Positions 19,849-28,520 are shown, counted from the stretch's first letter. The stretch is DNA of 32,000 nt from Propionibacterium ruminifibrarum (GCF_900289195.1 NZ_OMOH01000002.1:61206-93205), one strand, 5' to 3'. The notes: a model not told the origin generated them from the sequence alone. Program-made: numbers and translations.

Positions 19849-20442
19849 CTACTCGTCCCCGTCCTCTTCTGCAGCCTCCCACTCCAGCAACTCCGCCTCA
19901 GCCGCAGCCGCATAATTCGCATCAGGAGAATCGATGTCGCAGCTCAGCACACTTCCGATCGTACCGACTTGAACTGATGCGTGATTCGGTAGTGTCCAAG
20001 TGGTCGAATCTACATAACCACTCCGGGTTTTACTTCGCGACACCTCACCTTCACCGTACAAGCCGGACAACCTGCTGGTGTAAGCAACGTATGCCGCATG
20101 CGTCAGCGGTGTGGTGTATACATCAAGCTCTATTGGCGCATACGACGCCAAGCTGATACGAAATGAGTTCACTCTATTCTTGATGATGGTGATTGACGCG
20201 TCCTTGGGCATACCCGAGCCGAGGTTGGTGGTGACCAGTGTTTCCTTCCTCGGCGAAGGCGTCCAGCCGAGTTCGTCGCGCAGCGCAAGCGCCTGCTGGG
20301 CGGTCATGGGCCAGTCGTGTTCAAGCCACTTGCGGATGACGGGTACCCCGACCTCTGGTGGGACCACCCGGTAGACGGTGCCATCGGGAAGCTCGCGCTC
20401 GTAGGTGGGGTCCGTGTGTTGGCTCCTGGTGCCGTCGGTCAT
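19849..20442 (-). CDS. Hypothetical protein, paralog A of a tandem pair (197 aa)
   Basis: ATG 20442 is preceded by AGGAG at a 6-nt spacing. It has the same conserved N- and C-terminal blocks as paralog B and the acidic tail EAAEEDGDE. Confidence 0.78.
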   Translation of the reverse strand: MTDGTRSQHTDPTYERELPDGTVYRVVPPEVGVPVIRKWLEHDWPMTAQQALALRDELGWTPSPRKETLVTTNLGSGMPKDASITIIKNRVNSFRISLASYAPIELDVYTTPLTHAAYVAYTSRLSGLYGEGEVSRSKTRSGYVDSTTWTLPNHASVQVGTIGSVLSCDIDSPDANYAAAAEAELLEWEAAEEDGDE

Positions 20443-20663
20443 CGCGTGCTCCTGGCCGGTGCCCGGTCGTTGGCCTGTTCACGTACATGGTAGGCGAGGT
20501 GTGTGACATCAATCTGCGCGCCGTGGGGAGTCGTCGTTCGCTCTACGGCGTGGGGCTGCGGACTCTGGGCGCGGATCTCACCGACTCTCATCACGTCCCT
20601 GAAGCATCGGCCGCGGACCCCAACCGTGGGTCCTGGGGAGTCAACACCGCTGCTCATCCAAGC

Positions 20664-22073
20664 ATGGTCGCTCGGCCTTCGCGCACGAGAACAGCCAGAC
20701 GGCTCGGCCCGTTCACCCCGGCATGGGACGCGGCATGCTCGCCCGCTCTGAGGTACTCTCGGCCCGTGCCGAAGCGCTTTCTGGCGACCGATCTCGAGGT
20801 CCTCACCGTCACCCCCACCAGCGCGGTGATCAGCTGGATCACGCGCCGCATACGCCACGGCCGGCTCGTCCCCGAGCCCTACCCCACCGACGCCCGGGTC
20901 TGGCTGGGCGCCGCAGGCAGCCATCTGAGGCTGGTCCACGAGAGCAGCAGGCAGACCGCCTTCCACAAGGTGACGATCACCGGCCTGGAGCCCGGGCGCG
21001 AGTACCACTTCCGCGCCATGTCGGGCGATCAGCAACCGACCCCGGGTATGGCGATCACGAATCGGCGCCACAGCCCGGAGCGCACTCACCGCTTCATGAC
21101 GCTCACCCCTCCGCCGGGACGCTACGTGGAGACGATCGTGCTGGCGAACGACTCGCACCTGGGAGAGAAACGCCAGGGCATCGTCCTCGGCCCGCTGCCC
21201 ACCTCGGTCAAACCGGGGCCGGGACAGAAGGACTACGCTCAGGCGATGTTCACGACCATGCTCGACGAACTCGCCGTGCGCCATGGGCGCCCGTTCCTGG
21301 TGCTCGGCGGCGACGTGACATCCACGGGCACGGCAGAACAGGCCGCCTGCGCACGGGCCCTGCTGGACGGTTACGGCGTCCGGCACGAGTCGTGGCTGGC
21401 CGTGCGAGGCAACCATGACAGGCCGCAGCGGGACGGCACCGATCCGTTCGCAGAGCACTTCACGGACTACCAGGCGATGTGTTCGGCCACGACCGCCTCG
21501 GGTCTTCGCATCGTCGGCCTGGACACCACGCGCGGCAGCGGCGGAGGCTGGATCACCCCCGAGCAGATGAGTGACTTCCGGGCCCTGCTCGCCGAGAACC
21601 ACGACCACCCCACCATCGTCACCGCCCACCACCCCGCGACCAACGACGCCGCCATGACCTACCCGTCGGGCCCGCAGTTCATGCTGCGGCTGCGCGACCG
21701 CATCGAGTTGCAGCATGCCGAGCGGAAGGCTCACGGGCTGTTCCTGCACCATGCCGGCCACACCCACCGCATGCGCCGCGACCGGGCCGACGTGCAGGGA
21801 GCCGGAGCCGAGTACCTCGAGGTGGCTGCCTGCTCGTCCTATCCGGCCGGCTACGCGCTGCTGCACCTGTACGAGGGCGGCTACCTGGTGAACTTCTGGC
21901 GCATCGGCGGCGACGACGCCGCCGCCTGGCAGATGCGCAGCCGCTGGCAGGCCATGGGCCTGGGCCCCCTGTTCACCGTCGGCTCCACGAACGACCGCAA
22001 CCACGTCGTCCTGAAGGACCTGTCCGGCCTGCGCCCCTCCGGCATGCCAGTGCCGCCCGAGCTACGGGTGTGA
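20664..22073 (+). CDS. Metallophosphoesterase with a purple-acid-phosphatase-like N-terminal domain
   Basis: Motifs LGGDVTSTG, VRGNHD, HHP and GHTHR are present, with an N-terminal beta-domain (LEVLTVTPTSAVISW...YHFRAMSGD). The start is uncertain: ATG 20664 is used here, GTG 20766 is plausible, and the ORF-track start 20358 is rejected. Confidence 0.8.
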   Translation: MVARPSRTRTARRLGPFTPAWDAACSPALRYSRPVPKRFLATDLEVLTVTPTSAVISWITRRIRHGRLVPEPYPTDARVWLGAAGSHLRLVHESSRQTAFHKVTITGLEPGREYHFRAMSGDQQPTPGMAITNRRHSPERTHRFMTLTPPPGRYVETIVLANDSHLGEKRQGIVLGPLPTSVKPGPGQKDYAQAMFTTMLDELAVRHGRPFLVLGGDVTSTGTAEQAACARALLDGYGVRHESWLAVRGNHDRPQRDGTDPFAEHFTDYQAMCSATTASGLRIVGLDTTRGSGGGWITPEQMSDFRALLAENHDHPTIVTAHHPATNDAAMTYPSGPQFMLRLRDRIELQHAERKAHGLFLHHAGHTHRMRRDRADVQGAGAEYLEVAACSSYPAGYALLHLYEGGYLVNFWRIGGDDAAAWQMRSRWQAMGLGPLFTVGSTNDRNHVVLKDLSGLRPSGMPVPPELRV

Positions 22074-22129
22074 GCAAACACCCGGCCCGGGCGGCACTGG
22101 ACTGATTCGTTCGCGGTACCGTCGCCGAC

Positions 22130-23434
22130 TCACTCGCCGTACACGGTGTCCTCCTGGTCCGGCACCACCTGACCGTCATCGTCGGTGAGCGGCCCGCTGC
22201 CGCCGTCGGGCAGGATCAAGCCCTCCGTGGAGCACGGGTAAGGCTCGGCCTGCTGACCCTTCGGGTCGATGAACATCGGGTTGACGATCCACTTGCCGTC
22301 GGCGTTGAAGTAGGCCTGGCACATCAGCTCGGTCTTGTTCCGGTTGATCGCCAGGCGCAGCCCGGTGGCGTCCGACATGAAGGAGACGTCTGTGTCGGAG
22401 TCGCCCGCGGCGAACGCGGCACGCGCCGGCTCATCGGCCACCTCGAAGGCGTCCGACGAGTCGATCCCGAAGACCTCCTCGTTGACCCGGCAGCGTTTGC
22501 CCTCGATGTAGGGCATCGACGCCTCGTCCCCTCCGCAGGAGGAGAGCGTGGTGGTCAGCGTCCCGCCGTCACCGGGTGAGGTGACGACGCCCATCACCTT
22601 GTCTGCTCCGAAGTCGAGAGCCTCACCCCAGACCTCGGCGACCGGCTCGGCCGAGGCAGAGATGATCCTGACGTCGAAGCCGTTGGCCCGCAGTGTCTCG
22701 ATGAGGTCGACGACCTGGTCGTAGTAGCGGACCCATCCGGTGACCTCGGTGGTGCCGACCACCTGGGTGGCGCTCTCGGCGGCGTTGAGGTTCTGCTCCC
22801 TGGCCGATGCGGCGAACTCCTTGACCTCCTCGGCGGTCCAGCCGGCCAGCAGCTGCGCGGCGAAGGCGTACTGGGGTTCGATGCGGCGTGCGTTGAACCC
22901 GGTGAAGGCCTCCTCGCCGGTCGTTGTGGTGCCCTCGGAGTAGACCGACAGGATCTCGTCGGCGCATGCCGCACCGTCCTGGGACGCGGTGTCCATGGGC
23001 TCGCCAGGCTCGGCGAGTGCGTCGCAGGTCCCGGACAGGGCGCGGGCGGCCTCGTCGGTGATCCACGGCGACACCGTGCGCCAGTCCCGGCCGGCGGGCT
23101 GACGAACCTTGCCGTTCGCGAGCATCCAGAACGTCTGGGCGTCGCCGATGTCGTTCTTGACCACGGTGTTGTCCCAGTCGAAGAGAGCCACCGGGGCGCC
23201 CTCGGCGTACTCGCCGGAACCGCCGCACTCCCCCACCTCGGCGATCAACTCGTCGATCGCGGTGAGGTTGTCGCCGAACCAGTCGAGCGAGGAGTCCATC
23301 GTCCGGCACGACTGTGTGACGGAGGACTGTTGGGTGGACGATTCCGATGCGGTCGACTGGCCGGCGGAACACGCACTGAGAGTGAGAGCGCCCAGGACGA
23401 GGGGCGCCGCCAGAACGAGACTCGACTTCTTCAT
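22130..23434 (-). CDS. Secreted HAD-superfamily phosphatase lipoprotein (HAD-IB/SerB-like)
   Basis: Signal peptide plus lipobox MKKSSLVLAAPLVLGALTLSAC, HAD motif I FDWDNTV and motif IV GDSDTDVSF. GAAGGAG lies upstream of the ATG. Confidence 0.85.
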   Translation of the reverse strand: MKKSSLVLAAPLVLGALTLSACSAGQSTASESSTQQSSVTQSCRTMDSSLDWFGDNLTAIDELIAEVGECGGSGEYAEGAPVALFDWDNTVVKNDIGDAQTFWMLANGKVRQPAGRDWRTVSPWITDEAARALSGTCDALAEPGEPMDTASQDGAACADEILSVYSEGTTTTGEEAFTGFNARRIEPQYAFAAQLLAGWTAEEVKEFAASAREQNLNAAESATQVVGTTEVTGWVRYYDQVVDLIETLRANGFDVRIISASAEPVAEVWGEALDFGADKVMGVVTSPGDGGTLTTTLSSCGGDEASMPYIEGKRCRVNEEVFGIDSSDAFEVADEPARAAFAAGDSDTDVSFMSDATGLRLAINRNKTELMCQAYFNADGKWIVNPMFIDPKGQQAEPYPCSTEGLILPDGGSGPLTDDDGQVVPDQEDTVYGE

Positions 23435-23619
23435 GGAAACTCCTTCAGGAGACGAGAGACGGTGAAGGCAAGGACACTAGCGGCACCGCTCGTCGAGGTC
23501 GCCGGTTCGGGCGCACCACCAGAAGAAAAGATCACTATCCGAAAAAAGGATCAGCGCAGGACTCCTCCGCCGGGCCTCACCGCAACGGCCAACCAGGACG
23601 TACCCGCCGGAGCGGTGGT

Positions 23620-24354
23620 TCAGCGGCCGGCCAGGGCCCGCAGCTGGGCGAGCGCCACGACGCCGGCGGTCGAGGTGCGCAGCACCGCGTCACTGACCAG
23701 GACGGTCGCGGCGCCGGCGCGGGTGAACGCCTCGAGTTCGGCCGGGGCGATGCCGCCCTCGGGGCCGATGACCATGACGACCCGCCCCGAGGCGGGGACC
23801 GGGAGGGCCCGCAGCGGCTGCGCGGCCTCCTCGTGCAGGACGAGCGCCAGGTCCGCGCCGGCCAGCAGCCCGGCGACCTGTCCGGTGTCGGCCAGTTCGA
23901 TCCGCGGCACGCGCAGGCGGCGTGACTGCTTGGCGGCGTTGGTGGCGCTCGTCCGCCACTTGGCGAGTCCCCTTGCGGCCTTGGCGTCCCAGCGCACGAT
24001 GCTCCGCGCCGCCTGCCAGGCGACGATGCGGCCCACACCCATCTCGGTCATGGCCTCGATCGCTATGTCGGAGCGGGCGCCCTTGGCGAGGGCCTGGACG
24101 GCGACGATCTCCAGGGGGTCGGCCGGGGCCCGGAGCAGCTCGGCGGTCCGCACCTCGATCGTGGACTTGCCGACCGCGGTCACGGTCCCGCGCACGCCGC
24201 AGCCGGCGCCGTCGGCGAGCATGACGGACTCCCCCACGCGCAGGCGCCGGACGGTGGCCGCGTGACGTCCCTCGTCACCACCAACGGTGATGGTGCTTCC
24301 CGGGCGTGCCGCGGCGATGTCGCCCGGGTCGGCGAGGAAGAGCGGGTCGGTCAT
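23620..24354 (-). CDS. rsmE: 16S rRNA (uracil1498-N3)-methyltransferase
   Basis: N-terminal PUA-like region (GDEGRHAATVRRLRVGE) and C-terminal VIGPEGG. There is an ATGA overlap with the dnaJ stop. Confidence 0.9.
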   Translation of the reverse strand: MTDPLFLADPGDIAAARPGSTITVGGDEGRHAATVRRLRVGESVMLADGAGCGVRGTVTAVGKSTIEVRTAELLRAPADPLEIVAVQALAKGARSDIAIEAMTEMGVGRIVAWQAARSIVRWDAKAARGLAKWRTSATNAAKQSRRLRVPRIELADTGQVAGLLAGADLALVLHEEAAQPLRALPVPASGRVVMVIGPEGGIAPAELEAFTRAGAATVLVSDAVLRTSTAGVVALAQLRALAGR

Positions 24355-25562
24355 CCGTTGAAGGCGTCGCGCAGCCGGTTGAAGAAGCCCTTGTCGGCGC
24401 CCGATCTGACACCGACGTTCTCGCCGTCCTCGCCACGCAGCTGCGCCAGCCGGTTCAGCAGTTCGCGCTGCTCGTCGGTCAGCCTGGTGGGGGTCTCGAC
24501 GACGACGGTCACGCCCAGGTCACCGCGCCGGCCCTTGTCGCGTCCGCGGAGGGCGGGAACGCCCCTTCCCTTGACGACGAGCCGGGTGGCGGCCTGGGTA
24601 CCGGGCGGGATCGTGAGTTCGACCCTCGCGTCCTCGTCGGAGGTGCCGTCGAGCTCGGCCTCGAGGGTGGTGATCGGCACGGTGCAGCCCAGGGCGGCGG
24701 CCGTCATCGGGATGGTCAGGACCATCTCGAGATTGTCGCCGTCGCGGCGGAAGACCTCGTGCTCGGCGACCAGGACCTCGACGTACAGGTCTCCCGCGGG
24801 CCCGCCTCCGGTGCCGACCTCGCCCTGGCCGTGCAGCTGGATGCGGTTCCCGCTGCTGACACCGGCGGGCACCTTCACCGAGATCTCGCGGCGGGTGCGC
24901 ACCCGGCCCTGCCCGGAGCACTCGGGGCAGGGGTTGGGGATCGTCGAGCCGTAGCCGTCGCAGGTGGGGCAGACGGTCGTGGAGCGGATGTCCCCGAGGA
25001 AGGAGCGCTGCACCTGCGTCACCGAACCGGAGCCATGGCACTGGACGCAGGTGACCGGTTCGGAGCCGGCGGCCGTGCCCTTGCCCGAGCAGGTCGGGCA
25101 GACGACGTAGGTGTCGAGGTTGAGCTTGGTCGTGGTGCCGAACGCGGCCTCGGCCAGGCTCAGCCGCAGGCGCAGCAGCTGGTCCGAGCCCTGGTGGACG
25201 CGCGAGCGCGGTCCCCGGCTGGCGGCGCCGCCACCACCGAACATGGCGCCGAGCAGGTCACCGACGTCGAAGCCGCCGGCGCTGGAGAACCCGCCGAAAC
25301 CACCCATACCGGCGAAGGGGTCGGCGTAGCCCGCGCCGCCGCCGTTGTGCATTGGGTCGCCGCCGCGGTCGAAGACCGCCTTCTTCTGCGGGTCGGAGAG
25401 CACCTCGTAGGCCTCGTTGACGGCCTTGAACTTCTCCTCGGCATCCGGATCGTCGGTGACGTCCGGGTGCACGCGCATGGCCTGCTTGCGGTAGGCGCGT
25501 TTGATCTGCTCGGGGGTGGCGTCGCGCGGGACGCCGAGGACCTCGTAATAGTCAGTACTCAT
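24351..25562 (-). CDS. dnaJ: Molecular chaperone DnaJ
   Basis: J domain DYYEVLGV...HPD, a G/F-rich region, and four CxxCxGxG zinc-finger repeats. Confidence 0.95.
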   Translation of the reverse strand: MSTDYYEVLGVPRDATPEQIKRAYRKQAMRVHPDVTDDPDAEEKFKAVNEAYEVLSDPQKKAVFDRGGDPMHNGGGAGYADPFAGMGGFGGFSSAGGFDVGDLLGAMFGGGGAASRGPRSRVHQGSDQLLRLRLSLAEAAFGTTTKLNLDTYVVCPTCSGKGTAAGSEPVTCVQCHGSGSVTQVQRSFLGDIRSTTVCPTCDGYGSTIPNPCPECSGQGRVRTRREISVKVPAGVSSGNRIQLHGQGEVGTGGGPAGDLYVEVLVAEHEVFRRDGDNLEMVLTIPMTAAALGCTVPITTLEAELDGTSDEDARVELTIPPGTQAATRLVVKGRGVPALRGRDKGRRGDLGVTVVVETPTRLTDEQRELLNRLAQLRGEDGENVGVRSGADKGFFNRLRDAFNG

Positions 25563-25574
25563 CGGTGACGTTGA

Positions 25575-26585
25575 TCAACCTTCTGTCAGGAACTGTCCGA
25601 CGTAACGGGCGACGGCTCGCACGGTGGCCATCGTGGATGGGTAATCCATGCGAGTGGGACCGACGATACCCAGATGGGCCGGTGAATCGGAGGGGCCGTA
25701 GCTGCTTGCCACGACCGATGCCGTCCGGAGCGGTTCGTAGGGGTTCTCCTGGCCGATGCGCACGGCGACGTCACCGGGCGGTTCGGTGGCCGCTGCGCCG
25801 AGGAGCTTGAGCAGGACGACCTGTTCCTCGAGCGCCTCGAGCATCGGTTTGACCGTGGTCTCGAACTCGGCGCCGAAACGCGACAGGTTCGGCACGCCGC
25901 CGACCGCGATGCGGGGGGCGGCGTCGGCGACGAGCATCTCGCCGATGACGGTGATGATGTCCTCGGTGAGGTCCGGCAGGCCCTGACGGTCCAGATCGCG
26001 GAGCGCCTCCGCGGCGGCCGGCGTGGGCTGGGCGTCGACCGCGGCGTTGATGCGCTCCCGGAGCACGGTCAGGTCCTCCGCCGAGTGATCCGGCACCTGC
26101 AGGCTGCGCTGGTAGATGGCGCCGACCGAGGTGATGAGGATCACCATGATGGTCTGCGGCGCCAGGGAGACGAGTTCGACGTGCCGGACGCGGGTGGAGC
26201 TGACGGCCGGGTACTGCACGAGGGCGACCTGGTGGGTGACCATGGCGAGCAGCCGCACCGTGCGCGAGACGATGTCGTCGAGGTCGACAGCCCCGTCCAG
26301 GAACGTCGAGATGGCCCGGCGTTCGGCCGCCGACAGCGGCTTGACCTGCGCGATGCGGTCCACGAAGAGACGGTAGCCCTTGTCAGTGGGGATCCGCCCG
26401 GCACTGGTGTGCGGCTGGGTGAGATAGCCCTCCTCCTCCAGGGCCGCCATGTCGTTGCGCACGGTGGCCGGGGAGACCTTCATGTGGTGGCGTTCGACGA
26501 GGGCCTTGGAGCCGACGGGTTCGCGGCTCGAGACGTAGTCGGTGACGATGGCCTTGAGCACGTCCAGCTTGCGATCGTCGATCAT
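25575..26585 (-). CDS. hrcA: Heat-inducible transcriptional repressor HrcA
   Basis: N-terminal wHTH VGSKALVERHHMKVSPATVRNDMAALEEEGYLTQPHTSAGRIPTDKGYR. The ORF-track start 26936 was trimmed to ATG 26585 (MIDDRKLDVLK...), which is preceded by AGGAGG at a 5-nt spacing. Confidence 0.93.
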   Translation of the reverse strand: MIDDRKLDVLKAIVTDYVSSREPVGSKALVERHHMKVSPATVRNDMAALEEEGYLTQPHTSAGRIPTDKGYRLFVDRIAQVKPLSAAERRAISTFLDGAVDLDDIVSRTVRLLAMVTHQVALVQYPAVSSTRVRHVELVSLAPQTIMVILITSVGAIYQRSLQVPDHSAEDLTVLRERINAAVDAQPTPAAAEALRDLDRQGLPDLTEDIITVIGEMLVADAAPRIAVGGVPNLSRFGAEFETTVKPMLEALEEQVVLLKLLGAAATEPPGDVAVRIGQENPYEPLRTASVVASSYGPSDSPAHLGIVGPTRMDYPSTMATVRAVARYVGQFLTEG

Positions 26586-26706
26586 CGTGACCTCCTGTCC
26601 TGCTGGCCGTCCAGGCTGGATCCGAAGCCGGCGGCGACTCGGGCGTGTCCGCCTCACGCCACCGTGGCGACGCGGCGTCGCAGGACCGTTCGGGCACTGC
26701 ACCGGC

Positions 26707-26733
26707 CTGGCACTCCCAGGTGCCGAGTGCCAG
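26707..26733 (-). promoter_or_regulatory. CIRCE operator (HrcA binding site)
   Basis: CTGGCACTC-N9-GAGTGCCAG is a perfect inverted repeat matching the core of the CIRCE consensus TTAGCACTC-N9-GAGTGCTAA. It lies 122-148 nt upstream of hrcA. A -10-like TATGCT (minus sense, 26738..26733) abuts it. Confidence 0.8.
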
Positions 26734-26787
26734 CATAGCGCGTCGTCGGGAGGCGCCGGCCCGTCCCCGCGGCGGCCATGACGGGGG

Positions 26788-27564
26788 TCATGGCCGGGCG
26801 GGCCACAGGGCGCCGACCCGTCTGGCGGTGTCCAGGTCACGGCTGCTGATGATCGGGGCGTCCTCGTCACCGGGGGCCCAGAGGCTGCCGTCGGGGTGGA
26901 CGATGCCGCCGCCCAGCTCGGCGAGCATGAGGCCACCGGCCAGGTGATCCCAGGGCTTGGGGTGGCGGTAGGCGATGAAGTCGAACCGGCCTGTCATGAC
27001 GTGGGGGTAGTCGATGCCGGCGCAGTGCGCGGACTCGCGGACCGGGGAGATGCGCCCGGCTGCGTCGAAGTCCCGCCACGCCCGCTGACCTGCCGCGCCG
27101 GTCGGCCGCGGATGGGTCGGGGTCGGTGCGATGGGCTCCCCGTTGCAGGTGACTCCCCCGCCGACGCTGGCCTGGTAGGCGCGGCCGTGGCGGGGCTGCC
27201 AGATCCATCCGGCCACGGTCCGGGGGCCGCGCATCTCTGCGACCATCACGGCGAAGTCGTCCTTGCCGCGGACGAAGTTGCCGGTGCCGTCGACCGGGTC
27301 GACGACGAAGCAGTGCTCTGCGACACCGATCGCCCCCAGCAGCGACGGGTCGGCGTAGCAGCTCTCCTCGCCGATGACGACGGCATCGGGGAAGGCCTGC
27401 CCGAGCCTTGCGATGAACTCGGCCTCGGCCTCGCGGTCTGCGATGGTGACGAGGTCGCCCAGCCCCTTGGAATGCACGTCGGACCGGCCGAGTGCGCGAA
27501 AGCGCGGCTCGATGATGCGTGCGCTGACGTCCTTGATCAGACTCATCACGTCGTCGGGATTCAT
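26788..27564 (-). CDS. Inositol monophosphatase family protein
   Basis: Motifs DLVTIADREAE and DPVDGTGNF are present. I prefer ATG 27564 (MNPDDVMSLIK...), which is preceded by AGGAGA. The ORF-track start 27606 would overlap the upstream gene by 14 nt. Confidence 0.85.
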   Translation of the reverse strand: MNPDDVMSLIKDVSARIIEPRFRALGRSDVHSKGLGDLVTIADREAEAEFIARLGQAFPDAVVIGEESCYADPSLLGAIGVAEHCFVVDPVDGTGNFVRGKDDFAVMVAEMRGPRTVAGWIWQPRHGRAYQASVGGGVTCNGEPIAPTPTHPRPTGAAGQRAWRDFDAAGRISPVRESAHCAGIDYPHVMTGRFDFIAYRHPKPWDHLAGGLMLAELGGGIVHPDGSLWAPGDEDAPIISSRDLDTARRVGALWPARP

Positions 27565-27592
27565 GGCGTCTCCTGTCGGATTCGTGACCTGT

Positions 27593-28468
27593 TCAGTCCA
27601 GCTCATCCAGGTGGTCCTGGGTGACGAAGTCGATGAGCTTCTCCACCTCGCGGACGAAATCGATGTCGAGGTCCTTGTAGGTGCGCACGCGGGCGAGCAT
27701 GGCCTGCCAGGCCCTGCCCACGTCGTCCTGGTCGATCTGCTCGTAACGCTTGCCCCTGGGGATGCCCAGGCGTGCCAGGGTGCCCTTCTTCCAGTCCTGG
27801 TCGAGCGGCACCTCGGGCCAGGTCTCGAATCCGAGCAGGCGCGGGTTGATGGTCTGCCAGATGTCGATGAACCGGTGTCCGGTGATCATGACGTGGTCGC
27901 CGTACCCGGCGTGACGCACCTGCGCGGCGATGCGCGACTCCTTGGTGTTGGCGACCATGTGGTCGATGAGCACGCCGAGCCGGCGCCCCCTCTCGGGCCG
28001 GAACTCGGCGACGATGCCGAGCAGGTCGTCCATGCCGCCCATGTACTCGACGACGACGCCGACGTGGCGCAGGTCGGCGCCCCAGATCTTCTCGACGAGT
28101 TCCGCGTCGTGGCGGCCCTCGACGTAGATACGGCTGCCGAGGGCCTTCTTGGCGTCCTCACGCGGCCCGGCCAGCGAGCCGGACGCGGTGTACCGTGTCG
28201 ATCCCTGGCGGGGAGGGATGCGCAGCGCGACGGGCCTGCCCTCGACGAGGTAGCCGTTCTCGCCGACGGGAAAGGCCCGTCGACGGCCCGTACGGTCCTC
28301 GAGGATGACCAGGCCGTTCTCCCAGCCCATGACCTCGCCGCAGTAGCCGTCGGACCCCACCTCGACGATGAGCCCGAGTTGGAGGGGCATGTCGACCGTC
28401 CTCGGCCTGCCTCCGCGCCTCCAGTCCCCTGAGAGCACGTCCGTGCCGTAGCGATCCCGACCAGCCAT
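27593..28468 (-). CDS. Conserved actinobacterial protein (DUF3097-like, family name from memory)
   Basis: 291 aa, located between hemW and the IMPase/hrcA genes as in other actinobacteria. I recall no catalytic motif. Confidence 0.75.
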   Translation of the reverse strand: MAGRDRYGTDVLSGDWRRGGRPRTVDMPLQLGLIVEVGSDGYCGEVMGWENGLVILEDRTGRRRAFPVGENGYLVEGRPVALRIPPRQGSTRYTASGSLAGPREDAKKALGSRIYVEGRHDAELVEKIWGADLRHVGVVVEYMGGMDDLLGIVAEFRPERGRRLGVLIDHMVANTKESRIAAQVRHAGYGDHVMITGHRFIDIWQTINPRLLGFETWPEVPLDQDWKKGTLARLGIPRGKRYEQIDQDDVGRAWQAMLARVRTYKDLDIDFVREVEKLIDFVTQDHLDELD

Positions 28469-28520
28469 GTCCCCAGCCTAGTGTCCCGCCATTCGGTGAC
28501 CGGCCCGGCGCCCCTGCGGT

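Noticed and set aside
20439-22004. 521-aa minus-strand ORF
   Set aside because: It is antisense to the metallophosphoesterase, whose GD/GNHD/GHTH motifs are on the plus strand.
24306-25568. 420-aa plus-strand ORF, plus 12641..13729 (+), 28710..29867 (+), 29786..30805 (+) and 30806..31558 (+)
   Set aside because: All are antisense to strongly recognisable genes (dnaJ, the MFS transporter, hemW, lepA) and lack motifs or RBS.
26586-26936. N-terminal extension of hrcA in the ORF track. Similar extensions exist for tgt (to 16331), leuA (to 6014), era (to 10013), hemW (to 29870) and the metallophosphoesterase (from 20358).
   Set aside because: The extensions are Pro/Arg/Ser-rich and unlike the conserved N-termini of these families. 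They run through the CIRCE operator or into upstream genes. Internal starts with good SD sequences reproduce canonical N-termini.
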